A stretch of DNA of 41,697 bases. It comes from Tubiluchus corallicola (lineage: Eukaryota > Animalia > Priapulida). The DNA lies in assembly GCA_030141605.1 (NCBI GenBank), contig JAQGDQ010001428.1, forward strand, positions 1 through 41,697, read 5' to 3'. Both the position numbers and the translations under genes were made by a program. Below are positions 1 to 41,697 of this stretch, piece after piece (the first letter of the stretch is position 1; every line of letters begins with the position of its first letter). The notes below the pieces were generated by a model. The model saw only the letters and a list, made by a program, of their open reading frames with translations. It did no database searches and was not told where the DNA came from.

Positions 1-1351
1 GTAAGATATATATATATTATATGTAATACTATTGCTTAAACTGTGGCCAGAGTGTCTTCCATCTACAGGTAAGTGTGCAGGTAAGATATATATATATTAT
101 ATGTAATACTATTGCTTAAACTGTGGCCAGAGTGTCTTCCATCTACAGGTAAGTGTGCAGGTAAGATATATATATATTATGTAATACTATTGCTTAAACT
201 GTGGCCAGAGTGTCTTCCATCTACAGGTAAGTGTGCAGGTAAGATATATATATTATATGTAATACTATTGTTTAAACTATGGCCAGAGTGTCTTCCATCT
301 ACAGGTAGGTGTGCAGGTAAGATATATATATATTATGTAATACTATTGCTTAAACTATGGCCAGAGTGTCTTCCATCTACAGGTAGGTGTGCAGGTAAGA
401 TATATATATATTATATGTAATACTATTGTTTAAACTATGGCCAGAGTGTCTTCCATCTACAGGTAGGTGTGCAGGTAAGATATATATATATATTATATGT
501 AATACTATTGTTTAAACTATGGCCAGAGTGTCTTCCATCTACAGGTAGGTGTGCAGGTAAGATATATATATATTATATGTAATACTATTGTTTAAACTAT
601 GGCCAGAGTGTCTTCCATCTACAGGTAAGTGTGCAGGTAAGATATATATATTATATGTAATACTATTGTTTAAACTATGGCCAGAGTGTCTTCCATCTAC
701 AGGTAGGTGTGCAGGTAAGATATATATATATTATATGTAATACTATTGCTTAAACTGTGGCCAGAGTGTCTTCCATCTACAGGTAAGTGTGCAGGTAAGA
801 TATATATATATTATATGTAATACTATTGCTTAAACTGTGGCCAGAGTGTCTTCCATCTACAGGTAAGTGTGCAGGTAAGATATATATATATTATGTAATA
901 CTATTGTTTAAACTATGGCCAGAGTGTCTTCCATCTACAGGTAGGTGTGCAGGTAAGATATATATATATTATATGTAATACTATTGTTTAAACTGTGGCC
1001 AGAGTGTCTTCCATCTACAGGTAAGTGTGCAGGTAAGATATATATATTATATGTAATACTATTGTTTAAACTATGGCCAGAGTGTCTTCCATCTACAGGT
1101 AAGTGTGCAGGTAAGATATATATATATTATGTAATACTATTGTTTAAACTATGGCCAGAGTGTCTTCCATCTACAGGTAAGTGTGCAGGTAAGATATATA
1201 CATATTATATGTAATACTATTGTTTAAACTATGGCCAGAGTGTCTTCCATCTACAGGTAAGTGTGCAGGTAAGATATATATATTATATGTAATACTATTG
1301 TTTAAACTATGGCCAGAGTGTCTTCCATCTACAGGTAAGTGTGCAGGTAAG
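1..1351 (+). repeat. Minisatellite, ~78-82 bp unit, ~17 copies, truncated by window start; each unit has two splice-donor motifs
   Basis: Unit actattgYttaaactRtggccagagtgtcttccatctacag-gtaRgtgtgcag-gtaaga(ta)nttatatgtaat; length varies in the (TA)n tract. Confidence 0.97.
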
Positions 1352-2864
1352 AGATTGGTCACATGACTAGTTCAAAAGGAAGCCAATTTATAACAGAAAA
1401 GAGGAGGACAATACAAGCTTAGATTGGCACAACTTTCTGTTTTAAGTTTTCTTGTTTTGCAGGTTCAACAAGCTTCTGGTCTGTCGAGTGTTGTCAGTGT
1501 ATCGAGTCCACTTCCAGATCCTGCTGTTCTTTCATTGGCTGATGAAGTTTCCTTGTTTTGCAGGTTCAACAAGAATCTGATCTGTCGAGTGTTGTCAGTG
1601 TATCGAGTCCACTTCCAGATCCTGCTGTTCTTTCATTGATTGATGAAGTTTCCTTGTTTTGCAGGTTCAACAAGCTTCTGGTCTGTCGAGTGTTGTCAGT
1701 GTATCGAGTCCACTTCCAGATCCTGCTGTTCTTTCATTGGCTGATGAAGTTTCCTTGTTTTGCAGGTTCAACAAGCTTCTGATCTGTCGAGTGTTGTCAG
1801 TGTATCGAGTCCACTTCCAGATCCTGCTGTTCTTTCATTGACTGATGAAGTTTCCTTGTTTTGCAGGTTCAACAAGCTTCTGATCTGTCGAGTGTTGTCA
1901 GTGTATCGAGTCCACTTCCAGATCCTGCTGTTCTTTCATTGGCTGATGAAGTTTCCTTGTTTTGCAGGTTCAACAAGCTTCTGATCTGTCGAGTGTTGTC
2001 AGTGTATCGAGTCCACTTCCAGATCCTGCTGTTCTTTCATTGACTGATGAAGTTTCCTTGTTTTGCAGGTTCAACAAGCTTCTGATCTGTCGAGTGCTGT
2101 CAGTGTATCGAGTCCACTTCCAGATCCTGCTGTACTTTCATTGACTGATGAAGTTTCCTTGTTTTGCAGGTTCAACAAGCTTCTGGTCTGTCGAGTGCTG
2201 TCAGTGTATCGAGTCCACTTCCAGATCCTGCTGTTCTTTCATTGACTGATGAAGTTTCCTTGTTTTGCAGGTTCAACAAGAATCTGATCTGTTGAGTGTT
2301 GTCAGTGTATCGAGTCCACTTCCAGATCTCATTGACTGATGAAGTTTCCTTGTTTTGCAGGTTCAACAAGAATCTGATCTGTCGAGTGTTGTCAGTGTAT
2401 CGAGTCCACTTCCAGATCCTGCTGTTCTTTCATTGACTGATGAAGTTTCCTTGTTTTGCAGGTTCAACAAGCTTCTGATCTGTCGAGTGTTGTCAGTGTA
2501 TCGAGTCCACTTCCAGATCCTGCTGTTCTTTCATTGACTGATGAAGTTTCCTTGTTTTGCAGGTTCAACAAGCTTCTGATCTGTCGAGTGTTGTCAGTGT
2601 ATCGAGTCCACTTCCAGATCCTGCTGTTCTTTCATTGACTGATGAAGTTCCTTGTTTTGCAGGTTCAACAAGCTTCTGGTCTGTCGAGTGCTGTCAGTGT
2701 ATCGAGTCCACTTCCAGATCCTGCTGTTCTTTCATTGACTGATGAAGTTTCCTTGTTTTGCAGGTTCAACAAGCTTCTGATCTGTCGAGTGTTGTCAGTG
2801 TATCGAGTCCACTTCCAGATCCTGCTGTTCTTTCATTGACTGATGAAGTTTTCTTGTTTTGCAG

Positions 2865-40998
<38,134 letters not shown>

Positions 40999-41140
40999 GT
41001 AAGAATGTACAGAGAAAAGGTAATTTGTTAAGAAAATCCAAGTGAATTTTTATTACTGGCACTTGAAAACATTTATAGTTAAAAATAGTACAACTTTGTT
41101 AAAGCTTTACATTAAAAAGTTAAAATTATGCCTCATCAAA

Positions 41141-41697
41141 ATTTCTTTTCTTCACGTCTGCTTAATCATTACCTATTTGGCTTTTGTAAATACGTATTTA
41201 GTACTTGAGATACTGTATATATTTCTTTTCTTCAGGTCTGCTTATTCATTACTTATATGCCTTTTGTAAATACGTATTTAGTACTTGAGATACTGTATAT
41301 ATTTCTTTTCTTCGGGTCTGCTTATTCATTACTTATATGCCTTTTGTAAATACGTATTTAGTACTTGAGATACTGTATATATTTCTTTTCTTCAGGTCTG
41401 CTTATTCATTACTTATATGCCTTTTGTAAATACATATTTAGTACTTGAGATACTGTATATATTTCTTTTCCTCAGGTCTGCTTATTCATTACTTATATGG
41501 CTTTTGTAAATGCGTATTTAGTGCTTGAGATACTGTATCGATTTCTTTTCTTCAGGTCTGCTTATTCATTACCTATTTGGCTTTTGTAAATACGTATTTA
41601 GTGCTTGAGATACTGTATCGATTTCTTTTCTTCAGGTCTGCTTATTCATTACCTATTTGGCTTTTGTAAATACGTATTTAGTGCTTGAGATACTGTA
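41141..41697 (+). repeat. Minisatellite, 80 bp unit, 7 or more copies, truncated by window end; contains acceptor-like tttcttttcttcag|gt
   Basis: atttcttttc recurs at 41141,41221,41301,41381,41461,41541,41621. Confidence 0.95.

Overview
AT-rich, repeat-dense animal genomic DNA (probably an invertebrate; inference). No prokaryotic features. I reconstruct a large + strand multi-exon gene that enters and leaves the window: 15 coding exons from 2865 to 40998, 2310 nt or 770 aa, with all intron phases consistent. It encodes three copies of a Cys-containing beta-rich module (GxN[LMI][PG]C...D[VLF][HG]x[LIV]x[NQ]), one further module and the start of an F5/8 type C (discoidin) domain. A class A GPCR of Tre1/Moody/GPR84 type, with a single coding exon, is nested antisense in one intron (27927-29123). 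Introns are inflated by about 11 minisatellites, several microsatellites, hAT and pogo/Tigger MITEs, a Tc1 fragment and LINE 3' ends. The main observation is that many minisatellites are tandem copies of functional boundaries: a probable exon end with splice donors (17 or more copies), splice acceptor plus exon start (15 and 9 copies, probably a third array), a transposon end overlapping a branch point (17 copies) and the GPCR stop codon (about 30 copies). In the acceptor arrays only the last copy keeps the reading frame open.
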